A stretch of DNA of 63,882 bases, filler included, from Chiloscyllium plagiosum (Eukaryota), in the NCBI RefSeq assembly GCF_004010195.1. It is 3 parts of one record of this genome, joined end to end, with 100 filler letters (N's around TTAATTAATTAA, not from the genome) between each part and the next. Parts side by side here need not be neighbours in the genome. Positions count along the whole stretch, not along the records: positions 1 to 31,232 come from NC_057716.1; positions 31,333 to 60,177 come from NC_057716.1; 1 more part is not named here. The stretch is one strand, 5' to 3'. Position numbers and translations under genes: made by a program. The notes under the pieces were generated by a model. That model was not told the origin of the DNA and ran no database searches. It saw only the letters and a program-made list of their open reading frames with translations. This document shows positions 25,242-37,213 of this stretch, in pieces (position 1 is the stretch's first letter; each line of letters opens with the position of its first letter).

Positions 25242-26338
25242 GTGAGTCACCATTTTTGTCATTCACCTCATTGGGTTTGATTTGTGTAGGCATATCTTAA
25301 ACCTCTGTGCAGCTTCAAATGATATCATCATAGAAAAATCAGTGTTGCTATACATTATGTCAAACTTGACTTCAAAGTAGATATCATCAAACTGAGTTTG
25401 CAGTTACAATCAAGCTGTCTTACAATATTCCCCATTCATACCGGACTTTTTCAATACAAGAGGCTCAACTTTGGAGTCAGTTCAGCAGCAGAGGTGTTTC
25501 AACATGTAAAACTCTGGTTAGACTTAAATTCAGTTCTGGCCACTAAACTTCAGGAATGATGTGGAAGAGGGTACAGAAAATTTACTAGAATGGTTTTCAG
25601 GATGAGATTAGTTTGGAAATGACAAGCTCAGGTAAGGTAGAAACAGAATAGCTCTCCTCACTAGCTATTGCTGCAAGAACTAGGGATGCATTTCAAATTT
25701 GGGCTAAAATTCAGGAGACTGTGAGGCTGTTGGAAGCAGAAATAACCAATGATTTCAAAAGGAGATTGGATGGTGACTTGCAAAAACTAAACAGGCTAAG
25801 TCTCAGTGGGTTATTTGGTCTCCTTTATAACAAATGACTACCTGGTTCTGTATGATAAAATGTTTTCAGAAGCACAACTTCCCTTCACCCTTAAATCCTG
25901 TTAGAAAATCAGTTGCTGAGGCATCTGTTGGCTAATTTTGACTAGCCAAAATCTGGCCAAATGTAAATCATTTTAAACGATGAAATGCAGTTTCACAGAT
26001 TATTTTGTCAATATTATGAAAGAATGACACATTAATGGAGTAATCCCAGATTGCATGCAAAGGAACTTCTCAGACAGGATTGCCAAATCTTACTCACATC
26101 TTAATAACAAAAGCCTGATATGAATCATGACTCCAGGCTTGGGTGGTGATTTTTCTCAGAGTCTAATTTTGTTAATTTAGTCAGTTATTTGTTTTTTGAA
26201 TTAATTTGAGTGCAGGGACCAGCAATGATAACAGATAAAGGGAGGAACTGAGGGACAGAGAGCTTATTTCATGAATAGATTACACTCCTTATGTTAATTA
26301 TTTTTGAGCTAATTCCTATTTTCTTCTCTCACCCGAAG

Positions 26339-27995
26339 ACTTCAGGCCCACCGTACTGTGATTTCATTGCCTTCCAACATCCTGTCTCCTGGTTAAAATC
26401 AGATTGATATTCTCCATTTCTTAAAAGAAGCAATAATGGAGTTTTATTGGTTCATGGTGAATGTCAGGAGTTGAGTGAGAGAAATGGGCTCAATTTTATT
26501 ATCAAAGTCCCATTCCTCTAAGTTGAATCATTTTTGGCCCAAAAAGATCTTCTCCAAAGAACTTAGTCATTTGCATGTTGATGGAGGAACACAGTAATGG
26601 AAAGTGAGGGGCTGAGTTAGTCCTCCATCCTTGCTGATGTACCCCTCCCCCCTCCTGCAAACCCACTTCTCACTCTCATATACTTGTGGCCAAGGCCCTT
26701 TGCCAATGCTGAGCTACTGATAAGCATATATTGCAAGGAGCAGCCATTAATTTCAGTTGTGCTCCCTGCAATGAACACCTGCCATTTCCCATCCCAGATA
26801 GGGGCCAATGGGGAAATCACAAAGGCACACCACTGACCACTTACATGCCTGACCGGCAGCTAAAAGGCGAGCCTTACCCAAGGGAGATAACACAAGCTGC
26901 TTGTCAACTTTTTTGTGAGTAGAGGTTTATCTATGGTCATGACATTGGCATGAAATTCTTTTCAGATATATTTACATGACAGAATATTACTGCAACTGCT
27001 AAAACCAAGTCCTCATGACCAAACATCTTTGCTTCTTCAACACTCACGTCTAGGTGCCTGATATTCCAACTCAAGCATGCTCGGATTCCAACAATCTGCA
27101 CTTATGGGCATTTATGTTCCTGGAATTCAGTAATATAAAAGAATGAAATATTAATAGATTAATTCAAGGTTAATACAACATGACTTGTTAGGCCTATCCG
27201 CCAAAAGATAACCACAAATTTGGAACAAAAATCAAAAGTAAATCTGGACTCTAGGCTTGTTTCTCAAGAATACAATTTGAGTGTAAATCACTTCTTAAAA
27301 ATGTGTTGCTGGAAAAGCGCAGCAGGTCAGGCAGCATCAAAGGAACAGGAGAATCGACGTTTCGGGCATAAGCCCTTCTTCAGGAGATCATTTGTCTAAC
27401 AAGGAATTAATTGAAATATAAAGACCAACAAAGCAAAACCTCAAGAATGGAGCTGAGAGACAATGAGGTTGCTTCATAAACAAATTTGTTTTCCGGAATT
27501 TTCTTTCCCTATTTCCTTTGTACTCATGAAGATTTTGAAACACAGTGACGTTTTGTTCCACAGTCTCCAGGAATCCTCCAATACTTCACTCAAGTGTTGA
27601 CCTGTATAATCACTGTAATGACTCCAACAGAGACCGATATCCCATCACCAAGTCACCCTTAATTTTCACAGGAACAGTCCTTGACGAGAGTATGCGTCAT
27701 ACAGGGTCAGGCACCAAAGTGTGAGTATGTCTGACAGTCAGCCTTTTTATATGTCAGTCGTGGCTTCCAGATTAACAGCTCAATTAGGGAACTCATATCC
27801 TATGAGGTTCAACTGCTGACCTCGCTACAATCACTACAATCACTGTCATCATACTATTGGAACATTCTGATATCTCTATCCAGCCTACATCAAAAATTAC
27901 ACACTTTTCATTATGATCACTTGTGGTGTACAGAAGCTCAATTTTACTTGCTTCCCTAAAATAATGCAAAAGGCCTCAATTCAAACACACCACAG
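26339..27995 (+). pseudogene. Pseudo-exons in the beta-helix region (26339-26456, 26966-~27168, 27934-27995)
   Basis: HFLKEAI vs FFLEDGI; LLKP..NSSM..MGIYVP vs LTKP..NNSM..FGNYIP; QFYLLP*NN..PQ|gt vs TFWIAHPNNN..SQ|. Confidence 0.6.
27614..27838 (-). repeat. Short solo LTR (225 bp) with 5-bp TSD
   Basis: TGTAATGA...TCACTACA termini, ATCAC on both sides, TATAAAA and ATTAAA on the minus strand. Confidence 0.8.
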
Positions 27996-28049
27996 GTAAA
28001 AAGAATTCTGGGTAAGCCAAGATGGAGGATGGGAAAGATTTCTGGCTGC

Positions 28050-31000
28050 AACAGCTGCTCCTTTTTTGAGGTATTTTTGGTGTTGGAGGTGATTTCCTTG
28101 TCTTCCAGGAACAGCAAATACTGTTTTATATGTTATTGCGTTGTTTTGGAACTTTGGAGAAAAAAAAGTCAAAACAACAGCAATTTTAAAAGGGAAAAGA
28201 ACAGACAAAGGAAGCACATAGTAAGGTCAGTGCAGGAGAGAGAGAGAGAGAAAAAAAAAAACCCACATTGCTAACTGACAGAGTTAGCAGCGACAGCCTT
28301 TATTGTTGAAATCATGTATCGCTGGACATCGAAGTGCGTCAGGGAAAATTAAAAAACAGTGAAATTCACAACTGATCTTGGAGAAACCTGTTTGGGAAAG
28401 GTCACAGCATAGAAGCAGATAAGTGGATGTTAAGTACGGCCTTAAAAGAAATCTGCAGTAGTGAGTAGAGTGGGTTATTTCTTGGTTATATGTTTTATAG
28501 AGCTATGTCTCTTGATTAAACTTAAAATATAAGCCATAAGTATTAATTTAATCTGGAGTGTTTTGTAGAGGAATAAGACAGTGTTATTTTATGGGTCTGT
28601 AGATTAAAAAAAGCAAAATTCGCCTTTACTGGAGTGATATGCTCTTCTTGTTGGATGTGGGAGTTTAGGGAGAATTTACGGGTTACTGAGGATTATATCT
28701 GCAATAAATGCCGTTGGTTGCAAATCCTATCAGATCGAATGGATTGGTTAAAGAGGCAGTTAGAAGCAATAAGGAATTTACAAGAACATGGGGATGTGAT
28801 GGATGGCAATTATAGGAAGGGGGGAAAGTCTCAGACATAGTCGTATAAGTGGGTTAACTCCAAGAAAGGTAAGAGAGGTAGGCAGGTAGTGCAGGAGTCT
28901 TCTGTGGCTATCCTCATTTCAAACAAGTATGCTGTTTTGGATAATATAGGGGGTAATGGACACTCAGGGGTATGTAGCATGAACAGCCAAGTTTCTGGTA
29001 TTGAGACTGGCTCTAATGTAATGAGAGTCACGTCAGGTTCCAAGTGATCGATTGTGTTAGGAGACTCTTTAGTCTGAGCTACAGACAGATGTTTCTGTGA
29101 CCAGCAGCAAAAACTCAGAATGGTATGTTGCTTCCCTGGTGCCAGGATCAAGGATGTCTCAGAGAGGGTGCAGAATGTTCACGAGGGAGAGAGGGACCAG
29201 CAGGAGGTCATTGTACACATTGGAACCAACAACATAGGAAGGGAAAAGTTTGAGATTCTGAGGCGAAATTACAGAGAGTTAGGCAGAAATTTAAAAGGGA
29301 GGTCCTTGAGAGTAGTAATATCTGGATTACTCCTGGTGCTATGAGCTAGTGAGGGCAGGAATAGGAGAATAGAGCAGATAAATGCATGACCGAGGAACTG
29401 GTGTACGAGAGAAGGATTCACATTTTTGGATCATTGGAAGCTGTTTTGGGGGAGAAGTGGCCTGTACAAGAAGGACAGATTGCACATAAATTGGAAGGGG
29501 ACTAATCTACTGGCAGGGAGATTTGCTAGAGCTGGTTGGGATGATTTAAACTAGTAAGGTGGGGTTTGGGACCCAGGGAGATAGTGGGGAAAGAGATCAA
29601 TCTGAGACTGGTACAGTTGTGAATAAAGGCAAGTCAAACAGTCAGGGTAGGCATGGAAAAAACAGAGAACAAGAGAAATTAAACAGCATTTATTTCAATG
29701 CAAGGGGCCTAACAGGGAAAGTAGATTAACTCAGGGCATGGTTATAAACATGGGACTGGGATGTCACAGCAATTGCAGAAACATGGCTCAGGGATGGACA
29801 GGACTGGCAGCTTAATGTTCCAGGATACAAATGCTACAGGAAGGACAGAAAGGGAGGCAAGAGAGGAGGGAGATTGGCATTTTTGATAAGGGATAGCATT
29901 ACAGCTGTGCTGAGGGAGGACATTCCTGGAAATACATCCAGGGAAGTTATTTGGATGGAATTGAGAAATAAGAAAGGGATGATCACCTTATTGGGATTGT
30001 ATTATAGACCCCCTAATAGCCAGAGGGAAATTGAGAAACAAATTTGTAAGGAGACCTTGGTTATCTGTAAGAATAATAAGGTGGTTATGGTAGGGGATTT
30101 TAACTTTCCAAACATAGACTGAGACTGTCATAGTGTTAAGCGTTTAGATGGAGAGGAATTTGTTAAGTGTGTACAAGAAAACGTTCTGATTCAGTATGTG
30201 GATGTACCTACTAGAAAAGGTGCAAACATTGACCTACTCTTGGGAAATAAGGCTGAGCAGGTGACTGAGGTGTCAGTGGGGGAGCACTTTGGGGCCAGCA
30301 ACCAGAATTCTATTTGTTTTAAAATAGTGATGGAGAAAGATAGACCAGATCTAAAAGTTGAAATTCTAAATTGGAGGAAGGCCAATTTTGACGGTATGAG
30401 GCAAGAACTTTCAAAAGCTGACTGGGGGCAGATGCTCGCAGGTAAAGGGACTGCTGGAAAATGGGAAATGTTCAGAAATGAGGTAACGAGAGTCCAGAGA
30501 AAGTATATTCCTGTTAGGATGAAAGGTAAGGCTGGTAGGTATAGGAAATGCTGAATGATAAAAGAAATTGAGGGTTTGGTTAAGAAAAAGAAGGAAGCAT
30601 ATGGAAGGTATAGACAGGATAGACCGAGTGAATTGTTGGAAGAGTACAAAGGCAGTCGCAGTACACTTAAGAGGGAAATCAGGAGGGCAAAAGGGGTCAT
30701 GAGATAGCTTTGGCAAATAGAGTTACGGAGAATTCAAAGGATTTTTACAAATATATTCAGGACAAAACGGTAACTAGGGAGAGAATAGGGCCCCTCAAAG
30801 ATCAGCAAGGCGGCTTTGTATGGAGCCACTGGAGATGGGGCAGATACTAAACGAATATTTTGCATCAGTACTTACTGTGGAAAAGGACATGGAAGATGTA
30901 AGGAGATCTCAGCTAACTGTAAGAATAATAGGGTAGTTATGGTAGGGGATTTTAACTTTCCAAACATCGACTGGGACTGCCATAGTGTTAAAGGTTTAGA

Positions 31001-31232
31001 TGGAGAGGAATTTCTTAAGTGTGTACAAGACAATTTTCTGATTTAGTATGTGGATGTACCTACTAGAGAAAGTGCAAAACTTGATCTACTCTTGGGAAAT
31101 AAGGCAGGGCAGGTGACTGAGGTGCCAGTGGGGGAGCACTTTGAGGCCAGTGACCATAATTCTATTCGTTTTAAAACAGTGATGGAAAAGGATAGACCAG
31201 ATCGAAAAGTTGAAATTCTAAATTGGAGAAAG
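28050..31232 (+). mobile_element. CR1 LINE 5' half: UTR, ORF1 (Zn finger + SGNH esterase), ORF2 endonuclease; ends at gap
   Basis: CSSCWMWE..YICNKC; CFPGARIKDV..VHIGTNN; YYRPPNS..VMVGDFNFPNID; 30897-31232 repeats 30050-30380. Confidence 0.92.
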
Positions 31233-31331
31233 NNNNNNNNNNNNNNNNNNNNNNNNNNNNNNNNNNNNNNNNNNNNTTAATTAATTAANNNNNNNNNNNN
31301 NNNNNNNNNNNNNNNNNNNNNNNNNNNNNNN
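31233..31331. other. Assembly gap with TTAATTAATTAA spacer
   Basis: N runs flank an all-frame-stop linker; same design as 60178-60277. Confidence 0.97.
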
Positions 31332-31945
31332 NGTTATAGCTTTCCCAATCAATATCAGGTAAGTTAAAGTCCCCCATAACAACCACTCTATTACTTTCAC
31401 TCTTCTCTTGAATCATCCTCGCAATCCTTTCTTCTACGTTTCTAGGACTGTTAGGAGGCCTGTAAAAAACTCCTAACTGGGTGAGCTCACCTTTCCTATT
31501 CCTAACCTCAGTCCAAACTACCTCAGATGGCGAGTCTTCATCCATTGTCCTTTCCACAGCTGTAATACTATCTTTGACAAGCAATGCCACACCTCCCCCT
31601 CTTTTTCCCCCACCTCTGACCCTACTAAAACATTTAAACCCTGGGACCTGCAACAGCCAATCCTGTCCCTGTTCTACCCATGTCTCCGTAATAGCCACAA
31701 CATCGAAGTCCCAGGTACCAACCCATGCTGCAAGTTCACCTACCTTCTCCTGCGCGCTTTTATAGGGAAAAAACCTACCCGGCTGCCCCTCTGGTCTTCG
31801 TCACTTCCCCCTGCTGCTCTCGCTCTTTCTGTGAAGAGAAAAAAAAGACACCACTGCCCGCTACCGGTAAGTAATTTTAAAACAAACTGTCTCACCTTAG
31901 CTGTAGCCTTCCGGGTTCCTTTACACTCTGCTGCTGCTCGCACTC
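31332..31945 (-). mobile_element. CR1 (second subfamily): 5' UTR joined directly to the ORF2 endonuclease
   Basis: ORF 31285..31698 (AITETW..GGGVALLVK..YRPPNS..GDFN); GC-rich 5' end at 31745-31945; no ORF1 between them. Confidence 0.82.
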
Positions 31946-31949
31946 AAAA

Positions 31950-33400
31950 TGCTAGTTGTGGAAGCAAGGTCACTGGGGACATTTAAGAGACTGCTGGACA
32001 TGCATATGGTCACAGAAATTTGAGGGTGCATACATGAGGATCAGTGGTCGGCACAACATCGTGGGCTGAAGTGCCTGTTCTGTGGTGTACTGTTCTATGT
32101 TCTATGTTCTATGTTCTAGATAGCAGTTGAGTTGAACAGATATTTTACATCAGTCTTCACTTGAGAGGATTCAATGAGCATTTGACAATTAACTATAAAT
32201 TAGAAATTGAAAGGGAGGATGAAACTCAAGAGCTTTACATTTTCCAGGGAAGTAATATGGAGATATTTATTGGAACTGTAAATTGCTAAGTCCCCAGGTC
32301 GTAATGGACTTCATTCTCAGGTTTTAAACAAAGTAGCTAGTGAAATAGTACATGTGTTGGTTTAATTTTCCAAAACTCATTATATTTGAGTTTCTTTAGA
32401 TTGTAAAATAGCTAATGTTAGTCCTTTTTTCAAAAAGGAAGAAGGCAAAAAGCAGGAAACTACAGGCTAGTTAGTTTGACATCTCCAGTTATTATTTAAA
32501 AAAGCATGTTATTACAAGGCATTTAGATAAGTTAAAGGGAATCATGCAGAACAAATACACTTTTACAAAAGGAAGTCATGCTTAAAAAAATTATTGAAAA
32601 GAAATTAGTCCAAAGAAAAACCTGGGAACTATAGACCAGTAAGCTTAACATCTGTGATAGGTAACTTATTGAGAAAATTCTGAGGGATAAGATATATATG
32701 CATTTGGAAAGACAGGGTTTTATTAGGAGTAGTCAGCATGGCATTGTGAGTGGGAGATCATGCCTCACAAATTTGTTAGAGTTCTGTGATGAAGTGACTA
32801 GGAAGATTGATGAGGGAAGGGGCTAGATGTATTCTATAAGGATTTCAATAAGGCCTTTGATAAGGTTCCACATGATAGCTGCCCTGAAAGGTTAGATTAC
32901 ATGGAATCCAGGACGAGATGGCAAATTGGATACAAAATTGACTTGATGGTAGGAACTTGAGGGTAATAGTGGAACGATGCTTGTCAGACTGGAAACCTAT
33001 GACTAGTGGAGGGCCTCAGGGACTGGTGCCGGACCATTACTGTTAGTCCTCTGTATCAATGATTTGGATGAGAATGTACAAGGTGTGATTAGTAAGTTTG
33101 CTGATGACACTAAAATAGGCAGTATCGTGGACAGTGACAAAGGTTGTCAGAAATTGCAACTTTCCTTTTTTCTGAGAGTTGTGAGTTTTTGGAATTCCCT
33201 TCCTCAAAAACAGTGGATGCAGAATCTTTAAATATTTTGAAGGCAAAGGTAAATTAATTCTTGATTACCATGGGGATGAAACATTATCAGGGACAAGTAG
33301 GAATGCAGAATTCAGGTTAAAATCAGATCAACCATGACCTTATTAAATGGGTCAACAGGTTCTAAGGGCGAATGACCTATTTGTGTTCTTTGTTCATATG
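31950..33400 (+). mobile_element. Nested CR1 fragments
   Basis: (GTTCTAT)n tail at 32090-32118; RT remnants (PGNYRPVSLTS, KFADDTKIG). Confidence 0.8.
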
Positions 33401-33419
33401 TTTACATGACATGCTGCCT

Positions 33420-33545
33420 ACATTCTATAACCAATATGTGTTGGACCTTCATTCTAATTTTGGGGGCTCTCAACTTTAGGCCATAATACTTTGATCTCCT
33501 AAATATTCAGTTGGAGGAAGTATCTGTTCATCTAGTGCCTTCAAG
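33420..33545 (+). pseudogene. Pseudo-exon
   Basis: GGSQL*AIIL*SP...AFK|gtaagg vs TMEM2 SGLQLLAKPELTP...SNFK|. Confidence 0.68.
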
Positions 33546-34896
33546 GTAAGGAGCCTGGAATTGATCTATAAACAATATATAGGATGCCTGGGGAAGTATC
33601 ACAAGTACCCAAAGCTCACTGTTTCCTCATCAGATAACCAATAAACTCGCAGGAAACAGTTAAAAATTGCTGACAAAGGAGACCTGCTATTGCAGCTTTT
33701 TGACTTGCACTCATCAAAATAAATGTAAGAATAACAAATGTCAAAAAGCGGCAACAATTTAGACTGCAGAAGAAAAAATTTTGCAAGTGGTCTCTGATTG
33801 GTCCAGGCATTAGAATTGAGAATGCATCAGGTAACTGAAAGTTAGGATTAGTCAAGTTCGCAGTAAATGGATTTTTAACAAATTGGTAAGTCTTAATTAT
33901 GATTGAATAATCTCTCTGGCTGTGTTAATTAACCAATCAAATATGCTTTCTCATTCCTTAAGTGTCTTCATGGCCTTCAGTTTAATTTGGCCGGATAATG
34001 GGTCTTGTGCTGTTAATAACATACAAACCGGAAGGTGGGTAGGGGCGGGCTGCCTTAGAGTGGTCGGAAGGTGGGAGGGGCGGGGGCTTGCTGGGTCTGT
34101 ATTGTCTGCACTTTTGTATGTAACGGTATTGTCTAATGTACAAATGTCATTGTCACTGTCTTGTCATATGTGGAACTGGGATTTGAGGTTTGTCCTCCTC
34201 TCCCTGTAAAATGGTTGAACGGTAGGGTTTGGGGCCTAGCTTTGCTGCTCCTCTCCCTTGTAAAATTGCTGTCTCTTGTGTACAGCTGTTAATGTTTTTT
34301 GTAAACTGTTTTGTAATTTGTTTAATAAAATATAAATAACATACACTAGGTATCGGGTTAAACTTCTGCAAACTAATTTCATGGAGAATAATGTTGACTG
34401 ATATGGGAAAAAAGCTTCCATCTGTCACTTCTGGTCTGCTCTGGGTTTAAACATAAGTCCCAGGTGCACAACCAAAGACAGATACTTCATTTTTGTTCCC
34501 CAACCTTTATCATAAGGCTATCCCTTTCAGTGGTAGTTTCTTGGAGCCTTGCTTATTTTTGCTTCTGCTATATGGTAGTCAGAGGAGTTAATGAGCTCTG
34601 CAAATGTTGTCAGGTAACAGAAATGTGGAGAAGTATCTAAAATCATTGACATCTGTTTAGTTTTCAATGTAATACTCTGAGAAAGGTGTGAGTCTAACAA
34701 AGCTTTCTGCTGCTTTGCGGTAGGGTGTGATGCACCATCATCTGCTTCCTGCACAGCCTGTGTGCTGCTGTACAGAATGGTATATCCAGTTGTGAACCAG
34801 AGCAATATAGAGTGATTTGGTACAGTGGTGAGCATAGCTGCCTTCCTAGCAGTTAATCTAAGTTCCATTCCTGACCATCGAATAGTTCCAATTTTG

Positions 34897-35180
34897 GGCG
34901 GCATAGCAGCACAGTGGTTAGCATTGCTGCCTCACCAGGGACTCGGGTTTGATTCCAGCCTGGGGTGATTGTCTGTGTGGAGATGCACATCTGCGTGGGT
35001 TTCCACTGGGTACCAAGGTTTTCTCTCACAGTCCAAAGATGTGCAGGTTAGGTGGACTGGCCGCAGTAAATGTGAGGTTACTGGAATAGGGTGGGGATAT
35101 GGTTCTGGGTAGGATGGTTTTTAAATGGTCAATGCAGACTCAATGGGCTGAACAGCCTCTTTCTGCACTAAGGATTCTAT
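34897..35180 (+). mobile_element. HE1/V-SINE-type tRNA-derived SINE
   Basis: GCACAGTGGTTAGCATTGCTGCCTCAC A-box head, GGGTTTGATTCC B-box and V-domain-like core. Confidence 0.85.
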
Positions 35181-35609
35181 GGACCAGAAAACTTTTGAAT
35201 TGGTAGAATTCTGGTGCCACACAATGTGAAATGGTTGGGCCCTCAATTGGAGATATGGTTGTTTTTGACATCTTTTCCAATTTGGAAATATTCTGCAACA
35301 TCTATGGGCACATTTTCCTGTTGATATTCTGCAGAGCATTGCTGCAGTCACACAGCAATGGATCAAGGTTAAGCAACCTGTCTACACCAAAGCTGCAATA
35401 GATAGAGAAGGGTGACAGCATGTAAAACCTCTGTCAATTTGGAATGGGACTCCTCTATGATCTTGACAGCAAGAGGAAGCTATACAGTAGGTCAACCAAT
35501 GCACCCAGCAGCTTGCTGCTCATGGTCTTGATGAATAACATCCTCATCTGAGTGATCTGTGTAGGATAATTCTATAACCTGGCTATCCAGTGAGCTGGGA
35601 GAAATCTGT

Positions 35610-36130
35610 TCTGCAAATGCTGGTGAATCAGAGTTGAAAAGGATGGTGCTGGAAAAGCACAACAGGTCAGGCAGTGTCCAAGGAGCAGCAGAGTCGATGT
35701 TTCAGGCATAAGCTCTTCATCAGGAATGTGGAGGGGGAAAGGAGGTGAGAGATAAATAGGGGTTGGGTTTGGGGCGGCGGGGTAACATGGCTGGTAAGAC
35801 ATTAGGTGGATGTATCAAGGACATAATTATGATAGGTCATTGGGGAGCGTGGAACAGATGGGTGGGAAGGATGATGGATAGATAGGACAGGTCAAGAGAG
35901 CAGTGCCGCGTTGGTGGGTTTGAGGAGAGATTTGGACACTAGTGAAGTCAATGTTGATGCCATGTAGTTGAAGGGGTCCCAAGGCGGAAGATAAGGTGTT
36001 CTTCCTCCAGTTGGTGGGTGGATTTGATTTAGCATTGGAGGAGGCCCAGGACTTGCATGTCCTTGGAGGAGTGGGAGGGAGAGATGAAGTGGCCAGCCTT
36101 GGGCGGTGGAGTTGTTTCGTGCCCCAGAGA
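35610..36130 (-). mobile_element. Penelope 3' fragment (GIY-YIG end + hammerhead tail)
   Basis: The tail matches 4284-4389; CTGATGAAGAGCTTATGCCTGAAAC on the minus strand near 35698-35724. Confidence 0.8.
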
Positions 36131-36353
36131 TGTTCCCTGAACCAGTGAGCTGGTAAATGAATAATTCTTTATCACTGCATGACTTGCATCCAGCTGACAT
36201 GCACCCAGAAAACTCTCTGTCTGTGTGCTGGTCCCAACACAACACTAGTCTCCAGGGGATGTGCAGTGCCAGTATCTGAGCCTGTAAGTGTCAACTCAAG
36301 TAGCAGTCTCTGTTTATCAGTGGAATTCAATTGCTCGCTTTTTTCCTCTTTAG

Positions 36354-37213
36354 CCTGGAGTGGTTGGGTAAGTAATAGTTCTTGGATGTCTGAGAATGCA
36401 AAATTGGAAGGAAAAGGTAAATGAAAGCTACAGTGTGATGTAAAGAAAGAAATCTACAAATATACCTTCAGCAGTTGATTGACCATACCAGATAATAGAA
36501 TTGGGACCCTGCATAACTTTGTTGTGATATAGCTGCTAGTACACTTGAGTGTACCACACTATAAACCAACTTAAATTAGATTGTCTGCAAACATTATTCA
36601 TGCACTTGGGCTTATGTAGCAAAAAACTGTTCAGTTACATGTAATTTTGAACAGTATGTTACAAGCTATGCAAGTGCAACTGGTAATAATCAGTATCTTA
36701 TTTGTTGTCAGTATAACTGAAGTGATATCCTGTTTGATGCAATCTGCCAGTATTTGAGATGTTGTACCTGGCTCTGAAATTCATGTACCACATTTCTCAT
36801 TTTTATGATAGGCAGAACATTTGAGTGTGTGAACGTACACAAAATTTGGTAAAAATAATTCAGAGAAAACAGCCTCAGAATTTGACAGCAAAATGTAGCT
36901 TGATGCAACTCCAAGATCTTTGGTTTTGTTTCGAGAAAACAAAATAATTTGATGAATTTCTGAACAAATTTATTGCATGGGACTAATGGAATGAAAATTG
37001 GACAACTTACTTATGGTAGTAAATCACTGCCATATCGATCTCCATGTGCAGAAAATGTAAATGCATTTCAATATGTTGATATAGAGGCGTAAAATGGAGG
37101 GCAGCTACAACAAAACAGAAATGAATCAGGATCATTTTAAATTGCAAACCATTTGCCCCTGAAGCCTGGTCTAACATTGTTGGAGATCGTTTCTGATCTA
37201 ACTCCAATTCTTT
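36354..37213 (+). pseudogene. Pseudo-exons (36354-36416 weak; 36712-~37213)
   Basis: HFSFL**AEH vs HFIAYKNQDH; SKSLPYR..NAFQYVD vs PRTLPRN..RGFQIYD; RNESGSF*IANHLPLKP vs RHTSALAFRLNNAWQSCP. Confidence 0.7.

Noticed and set aside
27528..27605. Alternative match to the TFW..NN exon (VTFCSTVSRN)
   Set aside because: 27934-27995 fits better, with proper splice sites and phase.
30897..31232. Internal duplication of the CR1 endonuclease as a novel architecture
   Set aside because: Adjacent to a gap; probably two CR1 copies recombined or mis-joined.
31278..31289. TTAATTAATTAA palindrome (also 60222-60233)
   Set aside because: Artificial scaffold linker within the N runs.
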